A program made the translations under genes and the position numbers. The notes beneath the pieces are model-generated. The model did not search any database. It saw only the letters and a program-made list of their open reading frames with translations, and was not told the origin of the DNA. A stretch of DNA of 38,993 nt from an uncultured Verrucomicrobiales bacterium (lineage in GTDB: Bacteria; Verrucomicrobiota; Verrucomicrobiia; Verrucomicrobiales; DEV007): the NCBI GenBank assembly GCA_938091905.1, contig CALKOM010000044.1, positions 1 to 38,993 on the forward strand. Reading direction: 5' to 3'. Each line of letters begins with the position of its first letter. The stretch's first letter is position 1. Positions 19,075 through 28,293 of this stretch are shown piece after piece.

Positions 19075-20091
19075 CTATAGGTTAGGATTCAACGCTCTGC
19101 GATGCGGCGCTGTCTCTCGCACGATCTTTTCCCGGCTCTCAAAGGAGATCAGAGTCGCCCGCATGACGAAACCATACACTCTACCAACTTTAGGATTGGG
19201 AATGAACCATTGGAAGTCCCAAGCCGGATTATTCTGACCTCCACCCGTAGGTGACTGGGCAAACCAAATCCGATCTTGCATACGGAACATTTGGACAAAG
19301 GCCATCTTACCTCTAAGACCGAAGTACCACGGCTCCGAATAGAGATGGGGCGAAGGATGATTTACTAGCGTCAGCGGGAAGTCAGTCTCAACTTTCGGCA
19401 GCATCGAAAATTCTGACGGAGCGTGAGTGCTCTCTACGCCATGAGCGGGAGTTATACCTTCAATCCATCGAGGAACTCCCGTCTCTTTCCGACCGCCCCC
19501 TTTAAAGAATATCGACTTCTTGAGAGGATGATCAATGTAGCTCGCCCAGAAGAGCCCAATGTAATCGTTCTCGTAGTCAGTTTGGCGTGGAATGCATTCG
19601 AACGTGTATTCAATCACTCCGTCCTCCAGGAGTCGATAGCGTCCACAGCTTTCCAGTTTCCAATGATCGGTGGGAGATTGATAGACTTCTACCGTAAACT
19701 CATCGATGACGCGTAGCTGCATCGGGAACGCACGCGGTTCGAACTTGTTTTTCAAATTTGCCGTGGTGCCGTCGTGAATATGCTCGAAGTTAAGCCCAGC
19801 ATAGGAGGGAACAAAGAGGTTTCGCGGCTCATCGTCGTGAGAAAAGCTTGCGATTCCATTGTAACCTGCGCGATGGCCAGGAAGCTCGGGAACATCCACA
19901 GCAGCATTGTCCACGATGACGGCTGTGACACCGCTTCTCTTTAGGACCACATGATGCGACTTCGGCACTGTGTATTCCACAGCAACATTGGTTAGGCTCG
20001 TAACTTGCGGAGCCGCTAGAGGTTCATCCGCTGCTCCGCTCAGCGTGAGAAAGATGCTGAGAAGACTACCTGTGAAGCGCTGGAATGCCAT
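19075..20091 (-). CDS. Secreted hypothetical protein (beta-rich)
   Basis: MAFQRF... signal peptide starting 5 nt after the ALDH stop; motifs HRAGYNG, YAGLNFEHIHDG, GLFWASYI, NPAWDFQW. Confidence 0.72.
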   Translation of the reverse strand: MAFQRFTGSLLSIFLTLSGAADEPLAAPQVTSLTNVAVEYTVPKSHHVVLKRSGVTAVIVDNAAVDVPELPGHRAGYNGIASFSHDDEPRNLFVPSYAGLNFEHIHDGTTANLKNKFEPRAFPMQLRVIDEFTVEVYQSPTDHWKLESCGRYRLLEDGVIEYTFECIPRQTDYENDYIGLFWASYIDHPLKKSIFFKGGGRKETGVPRWIEGITPAHGVESTHAPSEFSMLPKVETDFPLTLVNHPSPHLYSEPWYFGLRGKMAFVQMFRMQDRIWFAQSPTGGGQNNPAWDFQWFIPNPKVGRVYGFVMRATLISFESREKIVRETAPHRRALNPNL

Positions 20092-20096
20092 GCTGC

Positions 20097-21638
20097 CTAA
20101 CCAGGATAGTCCGCAACGTAGATCGCCTTCACTTGGGTGTAGTCCAAGAATGTCTCTTCGCAATTCACCCCACCGCCAGGACCACCGGAGATTCCCTGAC
20201 CACCATAGGGCAGGCCATAGGCAACTGAGTTGTGGCAGTTTATCTGGCAAGTACCATCGCGAAACTGCTTGGCCAGAGCAAACCCACGATCAATGTCCTT
20301 CGTCCACACACTAGCACCCAGGCCATAAGGGGAACTATTGGCAAGTGCGAGAGCCTCTTCGGCAGAATCGATGGGACACACCGTCGCGAAGGTGTGGAAA
20401 ACCTCCTGTGGATTGCAATCCACCCCGGGGCGGGTGCGGAACAACGCAGGTTTTAGGTAGAATCCGTCCTTACCACTGACTTCGGCAACGCCTCCCGACA
20501 GGATGGCTTGGCCACCTCGCGCTGCCGCTTCCTCTTGAGCAGCGAGAATGCGGCGGCGCTGAATTGGATTGACCACCGCGCCCAGTTGCGTTCCTGCATC
20601 AGCTTGGTAACCAATCTTCAAATTCTTGAAGAACGCCTTCTGGGCATCAATGAAAGGGTCCGCAATCTTCTTGTCGACAAACACACGGTGAATCGTGCAG
20701 CACGTCTGACCATAGTGCTGATTCACATAGCGTCCCACATGACGAGCGACCAACTCGGGATCCGCGTCGCCTAGCACAATCGCTGAACCATTGCCACCCA
20801 TTTCCCGTTTCATACGCGTGCCATGACGATCACACGTCCGAAGAATGGACTGCCCAACACCGGGTGAACCCGTAAACGAAATGTAACGCACGCCGGGATG
20901 CTCCGCGATGCATTGCCCAGTGATCTCTCCTCGACCTGGCAAGACGTTGATGACTCCAGGAGGAAAGCCAGCTTCCGCCGCCAACTTCGCAATGTAAAGC
21001 GCCGACAGTGGAGTGTCTTCGGCCGGCTTGATAAGAATCGTATTTCCGGCCAGCAATGAGGGAAACATGAACCACGCAGTGAGGACCACGGGGTAATTCC
21101 AAGGAATAATGCCAGCCACCACGCCCCAGGGCTCACGATAGGTCAACCCTTTAACACCATCACCGACCCCCATGGCAGGGCCGTCTCCCATCGCAACACG
21201 TTGGGCCACGCCGCTGAAATACTCGGCACATTCACGAATTTGCGTGAAATCTCCCTCCGCCAATTCTGACACTTTACCGCCATCCCGAACCTCACATGCA
21301 AGCAGAACATCGCGATCCCGATCGCACAGATCCACGAGTCGACGGACCAAAGCGATCCGTTCTTCGACGGACACGTCCTTCCAAGTATCAAACGCTTGCT
21401 GTGCCGTTTCAACCGCGAGTGCGACCTCGGCCTCGCCCATTTCGCAGACCGCAGCGAGAACTTCCTGTGACCCAGGATCCGTCGTCTCGAAAGTGACATT
21501 CATGGAACCTGAAACGTCGTTCCCACCGATGATTCCGCCGAGCGCTTTGCCGCCGTTGGCACAGAACTGAGAGAACTTATCCGGGGTGGTGAAAGCAGCG
21601 GCTGTAAAGGCCTGAATACTAGCGAGTGCAGATTCCAT
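20097..21638 (-). CDS. Aldehyde dehydrogenase family protein
   Basis: REPWGVVAGIIPWNYP, KPAEDTPLS, FTGS, EMGGN, GQTCC (catalytic Cys), YGLGASVWT. Confidence 0.95.
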   Translation of the reverse strand: MESALASIQAFTAAAFTTPDKFSQFCANGGKALGGIIGGNDVSGSMNVTFETTDPGSQEVLAAVCEMGEAEVALAVETAQQAFDTWKDVSVEERIALVRRLVDLCDRDRDVLLACEVRDGGKVSELAEGDFTQIRECAEYFSGVAQRVAMGDGPAMGVGDGVKGLTYREPWGVVAGIIPWNYPVVLTAWFMFPSLLAGNTILIKPAEDTPLSALYIAKLAAEAGFPPGVINVLPGRGEITGQCIAEHPGVRYISFTGSPGVGQSILRTCDRHGTRMKREMGGNGSAIVLGDADPELVARHVGRYVNQHYGQTCCTIHRVFVDKKIADPFIDAQKAFFKNLKIGYQADAGTQLGAVVNPIQRRRILAAQEEAAARGGQAILSGGVAEVSGKDGFYLKPALFRTRPGVDCNPQEVFHTFATVCPIDSAEEALALANSSPYGLGASVWTKDIDRGFALAKQFRDGTCQINCHNSVAYGLPYGGQGISGGPGGGVNCEETFLDYTQVKAIYVADYPG

Positions 21639-21977
21639 GAGATTGGTCGTATCGTAAGTGTGTTACTATTCTAAGAGCGGGCATCGACGCAGAATGCCCC
21701 GATGGACATCGAGAATAATGGACTCGCCACGACAAGGAAGCGTAAAGATGACCAGGTCACTCCCGACGTGGCGAGGACACGACCACACCTAGGTTTCCCA
21801 ATGCAATGGGACGTGGCCCTGACCCTTCATTGGCCTCATGCACCCCTAATAACGCCCTAGTCGCTGGGAATGGTCAGTAATTTCAAAGCCAGTACGCCGG
21901 GAAAGCCGGTCTGCACGCTGTTGGTGCTACGGCCGTGTATTTGCAATTCCGCCGCAAATGGAATTCGCCTTAATCTT

Positions 21978-22329
21978 CTAAGGCGCCCTCAACTCGTTAA
22001 GATCCTCATCAAACTCCGCCTTCAAAACCGACGCGCCAAAGGCAAGAAGGCGAAGGCGCTGGACCAAGGCATCGCCTTGCTGTTCTTCAGGTAGTTGTGA
22101 CAACAATGCCAGGGCATCTCCATAGGTCGGCGGGGTGCCAGAGACTCGTGCCAAGGCAGTCTGGAGAATCTTGGCAGGGGTGGCCGTCCAGTCTTGGGTC
22201 GTGGCACTGGCGGAAACGAGGAAGGGAGCTCGCCCGATTTCTTCGTCACCTTGGTTCACGACGAGGTCGTAGCTTGCACCCGCCTCCAGAGCGTTTGCCA
22301 TTTCTGGAGCTTGAGTCAAGTTTCTCACC
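21978..22329 (-). pseudogene. Probable 3' fragment of an unknown gene abutting an IS-end repeat
   Basis: Protein-like open frame (ALEAGASYDLVV...ALVQRLRLLAFG...NELRAP*). Its 5' part runs into the 42-bp repeat and the transposase remnant. Confidence 0.4.
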
Positions 22330-22371
22330 TCCAACGGATTGCACAGAGTAATCAACTTTTGACACATTACG
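22330..22371. repeat. 42-bp imperfect direct repeat, copy A (IS-end-like)
   Basis: TCCAACGGATTGCACAGAGTAATCAACTTTTGACACATTACG; 35/42 identical to copy B. Confidence 0.85.
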
Positions 22372-22789
22372 CGATCGTACTTCGGCTCACATCGTGTCCA
22401 AGGTTTAGTAAAGCTCCTTGAATCGAACCGTAGCCCCAACCCCGGTTCTCCTTGGCGAATTGAATGATCAAATCGCTGAGACAGTTCGTTATCCTGGGCC
22501 GTCCCATGCGCTTGGCGCTCGCATCATATTTCTTCGCTATCAATCGCCGATGCCAAGCCAACAAGGTCTGCGGAGTAACGATCGTCGCAATTTCCTTGAG
22601 CTTTCCAAATTTGATCCTCTTGGCTTTTCTCGCCAACCGGCTCCGCTGTTCGTCCGTAAATCGCAATCGTTTGGGCCCATGCTGCTCACGCAGCACCCGA
22701 ACCTCCTCTCGCAGCTACTCGATAACCTCTTGTTGATTTCTATTGAGCCAGCCGGCAAGGCAAATCACTATGAAAAGAACGGGATTCAT
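22367..22789 (-). pseudogene. Truncated transposase of the integrase-core-domain type common in PVC bacteria
   Basis: MNPVLFIVICLAGWLNRNQQEVIE*LREEVRVLREQHGPKRLRFTDEQR...IVTPQTLLAWHRRLIAKKYD...GRP...AKENRGWGYGSIQGALLNLGHDVSRSTIA*. TAG at 22715-22717; DDE core absent. Confidence 0.88.
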
Positions 22790-22866
22790 GGATTCCGAGA
22801 GTGCTCTATTCATCCGGAATTCTCACGCCAAAAGATCCAACCTTCTCAATGTTCAAGCCCCCTACA

Positions 22867-22908
22867 TCCAACGAGTTGCACACTGTAATCGACTTTTGAG
22901 ACACTACG
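22867..22908. repeat. 42-bp imperfect direct repeat, copy B (probable IS left end)
   Basis: TCCAACGAGTTGCACACTGTAATCGACTTTTGAGACACTACG, about 80 nt upstream of the transposase ATG. Confidence 0.85.
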
Positions 22909-22997
22909 GCATCTATTGGTCACTAATGAAGACAGAGTTAGACCAATTTCAGATCGAGCATCGCCGTAACACCCTGCCTCTAGGGATGTTAAGGAAG

Positions 22998-23070
22998 TAC
23001 GTGGACTGGGACTCGAACCCAGGACCAATTGGTTAAAAGCCAACTGCTCTACCAACTGAGCTACCCACGC
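22998..23070 (-). tRNA. tRNA-Lys (anticodon UUU), CCA not encoded
   Basis: GCGTGGG TA GCTC AGTTGGTA GAGC A GTTGG CT TTT AA CCAAT TGGTC CTGGG TTCGAGT CCCAG TCCACGT A: full cloverleaf, followed by CTT. Confidence 0.97.
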
Positions 23071-23097
23071 ATGTAAAACGGCTCGTTTGGGACGGCG

Positions 23098-23125
23098 AAA
23101 GTAGGGGAATTGGAGGGTGGTGCAA
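23098..23125 (-). promoter_or_regulatory. Putative sigma70 promoter of tRNA-Lys
   Basis: TTGCAC-N16-TACTTT followed by GC-rich CGCCGTCCC (discriminator-like). Confidence 0.45.
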
Positions 23126-23128
23126 GCA

Positions 23129-23815
23129 CTATTTGGTGGTGAGTTCTCGGAGATGGGATTCGAGGGCCCGGAGATCGATTTCGGGGCGCTGGAGATGGAA
23201 GAAGCGGAGGCCAGCTGCAGCGGCGCCTTTGCCGTCGGTGTCTAGGTCGTCGCCAATGTGGAGAGTAGTTTCGGGCAGGCTACCACTCTGGTCGAGGGCC
23301 CGGGAGAACGCTTCAGGGCTAGGTTTGCAGGCGCCGAGACTGCTGGAGTAGAGGACCTGATCCACGTAGTCGCGTAGGCCGAGGACTTCCATCACGGTTT
23401 CCAGGCGCTGGTCGAAGTTTGAAAGAACGATGAGACGGTAGCCCTGCTGGCGCAGCCGAGAAAGTGCGGCGGAGGTATCCGGGAAGACCTGCCATGGCTC
23501 TGCCGTCCCATAGATACTGAATATTTCTTCGAAACAGGCTCCAAACGTGGCATCGAGCGGGCTCGCCTCAGAAACACGAAACGTTTCGTAGACAATGGAT
23601 CGCCACCAAGCCTTATCGATGGCTTCACGAGCCGCAGCATCAGGAGCTGACGCATAGTCTGGCGGGTCTGCTCCTTTCCATGCTGGTCCAAAGTGTTTAC
23701 CAAGCGCATCCGGATCGGCCTGGATACCATGGTGCTGGGCCACACGTGCATAGAGATGCCCCGGCGGTTCTCGCAAACCAAAGAGCGTGCCAACGGCATC
23801 AAGGAAAAGAGTCAT
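23129..23815 (-). CDS. HAD-superfamily hydrolase, subfamily IA (REG-2-like)
   Basis: LFLDAVGTL, VLSNFD, KP, HIGDDLDTDGKGA. Confidence 0.92.
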   Translation of the reverse strand: MTLFLDAVGTLFGLREPPGHLYARVAQHHGIQADPDALGKHFGPAWKGADPPDYASAPDAAAREAIDKAWWRSIVYETFRVSEASPLDATFGACFEEIFSIYGTAEPWQVFPDTSAALSRLRQQGYRLIVLSNFDQRLETVMEVLGLRDYVDQVLYSSSLGACKPSPEAFSRALDQSGSLPETTLHIGDDLDTDGKGAAAAGLRFFHLQRPEIDLRALESHLRELTTK

Positions 23816-24349
23816 CAACGTTGAGAGCTGAGCACTGAATAAGGGCTAAACCAGACCGCCAAGCCTTCACTCCGCATTTCGAATACACCAAACATAAATC
23901 ACGATTCCAGTGAAGATGTAACACGCCCTCGCAATCAGGTAGGCGCCAAGCTCATTCTGGTGAAACTCATCGTCCGGTCGGTGATTAGGTAGGACAGCAG
24001 ATGAGCTGATGTCGGTCAAAAATGCCTTTGCATCGATGCAGCTACTCGTTTCTTAAAACGAGAACTCCTGGGCCGAGGACAATCACCACAAAGGAACATG
24101 GCTATCACATTCTCAATCTTCATCGTAGGCCTGTGGACGTGAAATCCGCCGGCAGAGTCTGGGACTACAAGCAGATTCCGAAATACGATGAGATCTGTGG
24201 CCTCAAAGGTGGCACTCTTCCATATCTCGCGGGCCCAGTAAGCCCGTCGCCAATTTACAAAAGCCGGCTGATTCAATCCTTGTCCAATTTCCGCTAACAT
24301 TGGTGACCACTTTTCCACCTTCTATCAAATAGGCTAATATCCAGACGCA

Positions 24350-24379
24350 CAAAGGGCAGCGCCAAAGCGCTGCCCTTTG
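24350..24379 (-). terminator. Intrinsic terminator downstream of the LamG gene
   Basis: Perfect 13-bp stem CAAAGGGCAGCGC-4 nt-GCGCTGCCCTTTG, 33 nt after the stop; the minus-strand tail is TTTGTG. Confidence 0.8.
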
Positions 24380-24412
24380 CTCAATTCTTAAACTAAGTTC
24401 GATTCGTCTGAT

Positions 24413-27400
24413 CTACTTGGCAATACCACGGTAGTAGCCAGCGGGGGCTGCTGCACGGTCAGCGTCAGAATCTGCGTAGTTTCCACTCACATCGGTGGCA
24501 ATCACCGACCACGTGTTCAAGTCGGTAGAATACTCGACATCAAATGTGGTTCCCTCTGGGAAACTGAAGCTAATGGTGCCACCATCGCCAGCACTAACCA
24601 CATCACTGATCGCTAGAGGACGGTCACCGCCACCGCCGCCGTCACCGCCGCTCGTCAGCGCCTGGCCAGCAAGACCGCGGTTGTAAACTTCAGTCACTTC
24701 CTCTGCCGAAATAGCCCGGCCAAAGACGGCAACTTCGTCGAACAATCCATTGAAGTTCTCAACGACGTTCCCACCACTGAGCTGACCGCCAAGATAGAGA
24801 GGCTGCTCATTGATTGGAGCATCCGAAACCTCACCAGTTGTCACCTCGGCACCATCTCGGTAGTAAGTTAGCGTACTGCCACTCTTCACGACGAGATTGT
24901 GTGACCATTCTCCCTCCACCAATGGAGCGTCTGGCAGGTTCTCACCACCACCATTGAAGTGCCATTCGAATTTCGTCGGCGTAAACTTAATGAACTCGCG
25001 AGGAGCGAAGTCAACGCCACTCGAATCATAACGATTACCAAAGACAATGTCGTTCACGCCGGAGGCGCTGGCATTGACCCAGAAGGACCAGGTGAAATCC
25101 GTATCCGTTCCGATGACAGGCAAAGTCCCCAAATCGACATAGGAACCACCACCGGATTGGTAGACACTGCCAAGAGCATCATCGGTCACCCACGCTGCTT
25201 CTGAAGCAACGATAGTCCCGTCGTTTCCGTTGCCACTGGAATCGGCAACAGTTTCTCCAGCACCTTCATTGAAGCGCCAGTAACCGAGAACACCTGGAAG
25301 GTCCTCCGGATCTCCGCCGCCACCGCCGCCCTGACTTTGGGCGTAGAGAGCAGTGATCTCGATCTCAGTAAGTGCAACGTTATAAATCTGGACTTCGTCG
25401 AGGTCACCACTGAAGAAGCGAGTATCACCGGCCCTCGTCGAGCCGATGGTGATCTCTGCATCAACTGAAACACCACCTTTATCCGCTCCTGTTTGAGCCG
25501 AGACGCCATCAACGAAGATCGCTTGATTTCCATCTTCGTAACGGAAGGCAACATGCTGCCATTCTCCGACGGTCACACTACCACCGGTAATATCGTTGCC
25601 CCAGTGACCAATGTGAAATTGGGCATTACGAATCCCGTTGTGAAGCACGTTTTGGTCCTCAACCTGACCAAAGATCATGTTGTCGCCGCTCGTGTTCTCA
25701 GCGCGTACCCATGTCACCATGGTGTAGGGGCCTTCGGCAATATTTACATCGCCTGCGTCTAGCCCTGTTGCTACATACTGAGCATCAGCTCCGGCCGTAG
25801 CCTCTTCGACAAAGTTCAGGTAACCACTACCACCAACGCCACCTTCAGCTACCCACGCTCCTGCATGAGCATTTGTAAGAGTGCCGGGACCACCTGTGCC
25901 AGCGTTCCCAACACCTGTCCCGGATCCCTCATTGAAGTCGTAGTGAAGAACAGCATCCTCTATGCCATCGATGATCTCCGATATGGCAGGGCTATTGGCG
26001 TTCGTTGGATCGTAGCCGTTCGCAATTTCTCCACTATCCCCAAAACCATCACCGTCCGTATCTGTGCTGTTAGGATTTGTGCCTCGAGCCACCTCGTCAC
26101 CGTCCGTCAGCGTATCGCCATCAGTGTCTGGATTCTGAGGATCAGTCATGTATTGGCTGACTTCAAGCTTATCGGAGAGACCATCTTGGTCACTGTCTGG
26201 ATCCTGTCCTGTCGCAAACGGATCTAGGACCTTGCCAGCGTTGTCCATGAGGAAAGGCACTTCCACTTCAAGGTCGAGCGTCCTTCCATAGAACTGAATG
26301 TCGTCCAAGACCCCATCCAATCCAAGAGCACCGTCTGAGCCGAAGGCTCCAGCATAGAAGGTACCATCTCGAGCAGGTGTCAGGACATCCTCACTGGCAA
26401 CAACAGCGCCATCGAGAACAATGGTTCCCACGGTGCCATCATAAATCATGGCAACATGATAAGTCTCGCCAACCTGGATAGGCGCATCAGAAGTGCTGAA
26501 GAGAATGGTCTCTTCACCAAACCAATGGAGGTCGCCTCCGGCGAGAAGAAGAGCCATTTCAGGTGTACCCTCTCCTTGGCCAACCAAGGTGCGCAGATCT
26601 GCAGGCAAACCTCCAAGATCGTTCGCCTGGAAGAAGAACGAAATAGTAAACTCATCTAGCGGGAATCCTGAATCATAGCGCACCAATCCGCCACCACTCA
26701 CTGCCATTGAGCTACCGTCACCAGCGAGAGCTGCACCGCCAAGGGTGACGCTGCCACCATTCGCATCATAGACGCCGACATTTTGATTAGTCGTCGTTTC
26801 CGTGGCGTCTGTGCTTCCTGTCTCGTCGTCCAACGGATAGTGTGCAAGTGGTCCGTCAGGATTCGGAATCAGCGCCGTGATCGCCACCGTGATCTCTTTG
26901 TCATCAGGATCAGGATCATCTGTCGTGTAAGAAACCGTCGCGTTGAACGTTCCAAGCTCTTGGAACCCATTGAAGGTCATACTGATCGCTGACTTACTGT
27001 CAGGTCCGATAGACGTCGGAGACTCGACAATTGTGAAATGATCCATGTCAGGACCAGCAAGAGTCACATTGGAAATATTCAGCGGCTGGGTATCACCCGT
27101 ATTGCCGATATTGATCGCAAAGGGGAGCTCCGTCTCGGGAAGCACGTCTCTTAGAGTGAGTGACTTGGATCCGGAAACATTCGGATCGGAAGGGTCTAGC
27201 GCTGTCTCCACGCTTGTGCCTTCGCCATCACCCCAGAGCAATACGATCTCATCGTCGGTAAGCGGACGATTCCACATAGCGACATCATCAATATTACCTT
27301 TCCAGGTCCGATCGCCGGTATCCGGATTCTGACCGATCATCATGGGCATGACATTTCCCTCAGGGTTAATGCCATCTTCGGTCGCGTCCTGGGTGCCATT

Positions 27401-28075
27401 CACCCAGAAATCGTGCCTGTCATTCTCCCGATCACTGCGCAGCACGAGATGATACCAGGTGCCATTGCCATCTTCATCTTCCGGCGCTTCGATGACTCCG
27501 GTAGGGGTATCCCCATTGCCGCCGTTGCCGGTAAACGTTCTCTCACCACCACGACGATGGATACGCCACTGATTCTGCTCGCCTTTTGCCACAGGGCATT
27601 GCCAGTTTGTGGAGAATTCATCAACGGTGACCCAGAGTGAAACGGTGAAACCCTTAAGATCGGGATCCTCCTCTTCGGGATCATCTTCATCGAGATCGTC
27701 AATCGCGCCGAAGTCGAAGCGATCCTCCAACTCCAGAGGGGTCTCAACATAAAATGAGTCCGCGAATTTGCCGCTCTGGCCGAACTTTCCTTCAACGTAA
27801 GTAGCATCTGCCAATTCCAAATCAGCGAGATTCTCGGGCATATTCTGATGGTTTCCTGACCAGGTCTTACCGACACCATGGGCGGGTGGATCCGATTCCG
27901 ATTTGTCTTCTAGATCGCCATCAAACGGCCAGTAGCCGACTAGACCGTCCGAAAGATCTTGCGCATGCGCTTGCGGACCTGACACGGCCAGCGCAAAGCA
28001 GCCTAGTAGGAGCGCAAGCCCGGTTCCAGCCCGCTTGGCGAGCCAGTTGAAATCTAAGGTGGGTTTCATGAACAT
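24413..28075 (-). CDS. Large secreted protein with four LamG-like jellyroll domains, an Ig-like domain and TSP3-like Ca-binding repeats
   Basis: Four modules starting GYWPFD / AHYPLD / HYDFNE / GYWRFNE and ending G.IDDVA / LDDIQ / LDEVQ / FDEVA; DSDQDGLSD, DTDGDTLTD and DTDGDGFGD repeats; signal peptide ending AHA. Start at 28075 or 28069. Confidence 0.9.
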   Translation of the reverse strand: MFMKPTLDFNWLAKRAGTGLALLLGCFALAVSGPQAHAQDLSDGLVGYWPFDGDLEDKSESDPPAHGVGKTWSGNHQNMPENLADLELADATYVEGKFGQSGKFADSFYVETPLELEDRFDFGAIDDLDEDDPEEEDPDLKGFTVSLWVTVDEFSTNWQCPVAKGEQNQWRIHRRGGERTFTGNGGNGDTPTGVIEAPEDEDGNGTWYHLVLRSDRENDRHDFWVNGTQDATEDGINPEGNVMPMMIGQNPDTGDRTWKGNIDDVAMWNRPLTDDEIVLLWGDGEGTSVETALDPSDPNVSGSKSLTLRDVLPETELPFAINIGNTGDTQPLNISNVTLAGPDMDHFTIVESPTSIGPDSKSAISMTFNGFQELGTFNATVSYTTDDPDPDDKEITVAITALIPNPDGPLAHYPLDDETGSTDATETTTNQNVGVYDANGGSVTLGGAALAGDGSSMAVSGGGLVRYDSGFPLDEFTISFFFQANDLGGLPADLRTLVGQGEGTPEMALLLAGGDLHWFGEETILFSTSDAPIQVGETYHVAMIYDGTVGTIVLDGAVVASEDVLTPARDGTFYAGAFGSDGALGLDGVLDDIQFYGRTLDLEVEVPFLMDNAGKVLDPFATGQDPDSDQDGLSDKLEVSQYMTDPQNPDTDGDTLTDGDEVARGTNPNSTDTDGDGFGDSGEIANGYDPTNANSPAISEIIDGIEDAVLHYDFNEGSGTGVGNAGTGGPGTLTNAHAGAWVAEGGVGGSGYLNFVEEATAGADAQYVATGLDAGDVNIAEGPYTMVTWVRAENTSGDNMIFGQVEDQNVLHNGIRNAQFHIGHWGNDITGGSVTVGEWQHVAFRYEDGNQAIFVDGVSAQTGADKGGVSVDAEITIGSTRAGDTRFFSGDLDEVQIYNVALTEIEITALYAQSQGGGGGGDPEDLPGVLGYWRFNEGAGETVADSSGNGNDGTIVASEAAWVTDDALGSVYQSGGGSYVDLGTLPVIGTDTDFTWSFWVNASASGVNDIVFGNRYDSSGVDFAPREFIKFTPTKFEWHFNGGGENLPDAPLVEGEWSHNLVVKSGSTLTYYRDGAEVTTGEVSDAPINEQPLYLGGQLSGGNVVENFNGLFDEVAVFGRAISAEEVTEVYNRGLAGQALTSGGDGGGGGDRPLAISDVVSAGDGGTISFSFPEGTTFDVEYSTDLNTWSVIATDVSGNYADSDADRAAAPAGYYRGIAK

Positions 28076-28293
28076 TGTAGTGGTTTGGGGTTTCGTTTGA
28101 GTCACAACAGCGCTTTGGCAACGCCGAGGCTCAAACACAAGGGTTTTATATACCAGGATAGCCTTGCTGGGTGTAAAGACTAAATAACGCCTTTCAAACG
28201 AGCCTTACCGTTGTTTTCCCCACTTTTTGACCATAGGGCGAGGATGCGTAACGTTTGGTATTGCCTAGGCCCTGTGAGACTTTTATCACCGAG

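Noticed and set aside
21885..21930. Group II intron domain V look-alike (AGCCAGTACGCCGGGAAAGCCGG...GCACGCTGTT)
   Set aside because: Stem register and length do not fit the 34-nt D5, and there is no D6 or reverse transcriptase nearby.
22330..22908. CRISPR array or attL/attR pair
   Set aside because: Only two copies about 500 nt apart, no cas genes, and the repeat does not match the tRNA 3' end.
22846..23055. 69-aa ORF MVEQLAFNQLVLGSSP
   Set aside because: It is a translation of the tRNA-Lys gene.
23820..24340. ORFs 24022-24297(+) and 24016-24318(-), and a small hairpin CTCGTTT-CTTA-AAACGAG
   Set aside because: No recognisable motifs in either frame and no RNA family recognised; left uncalled.
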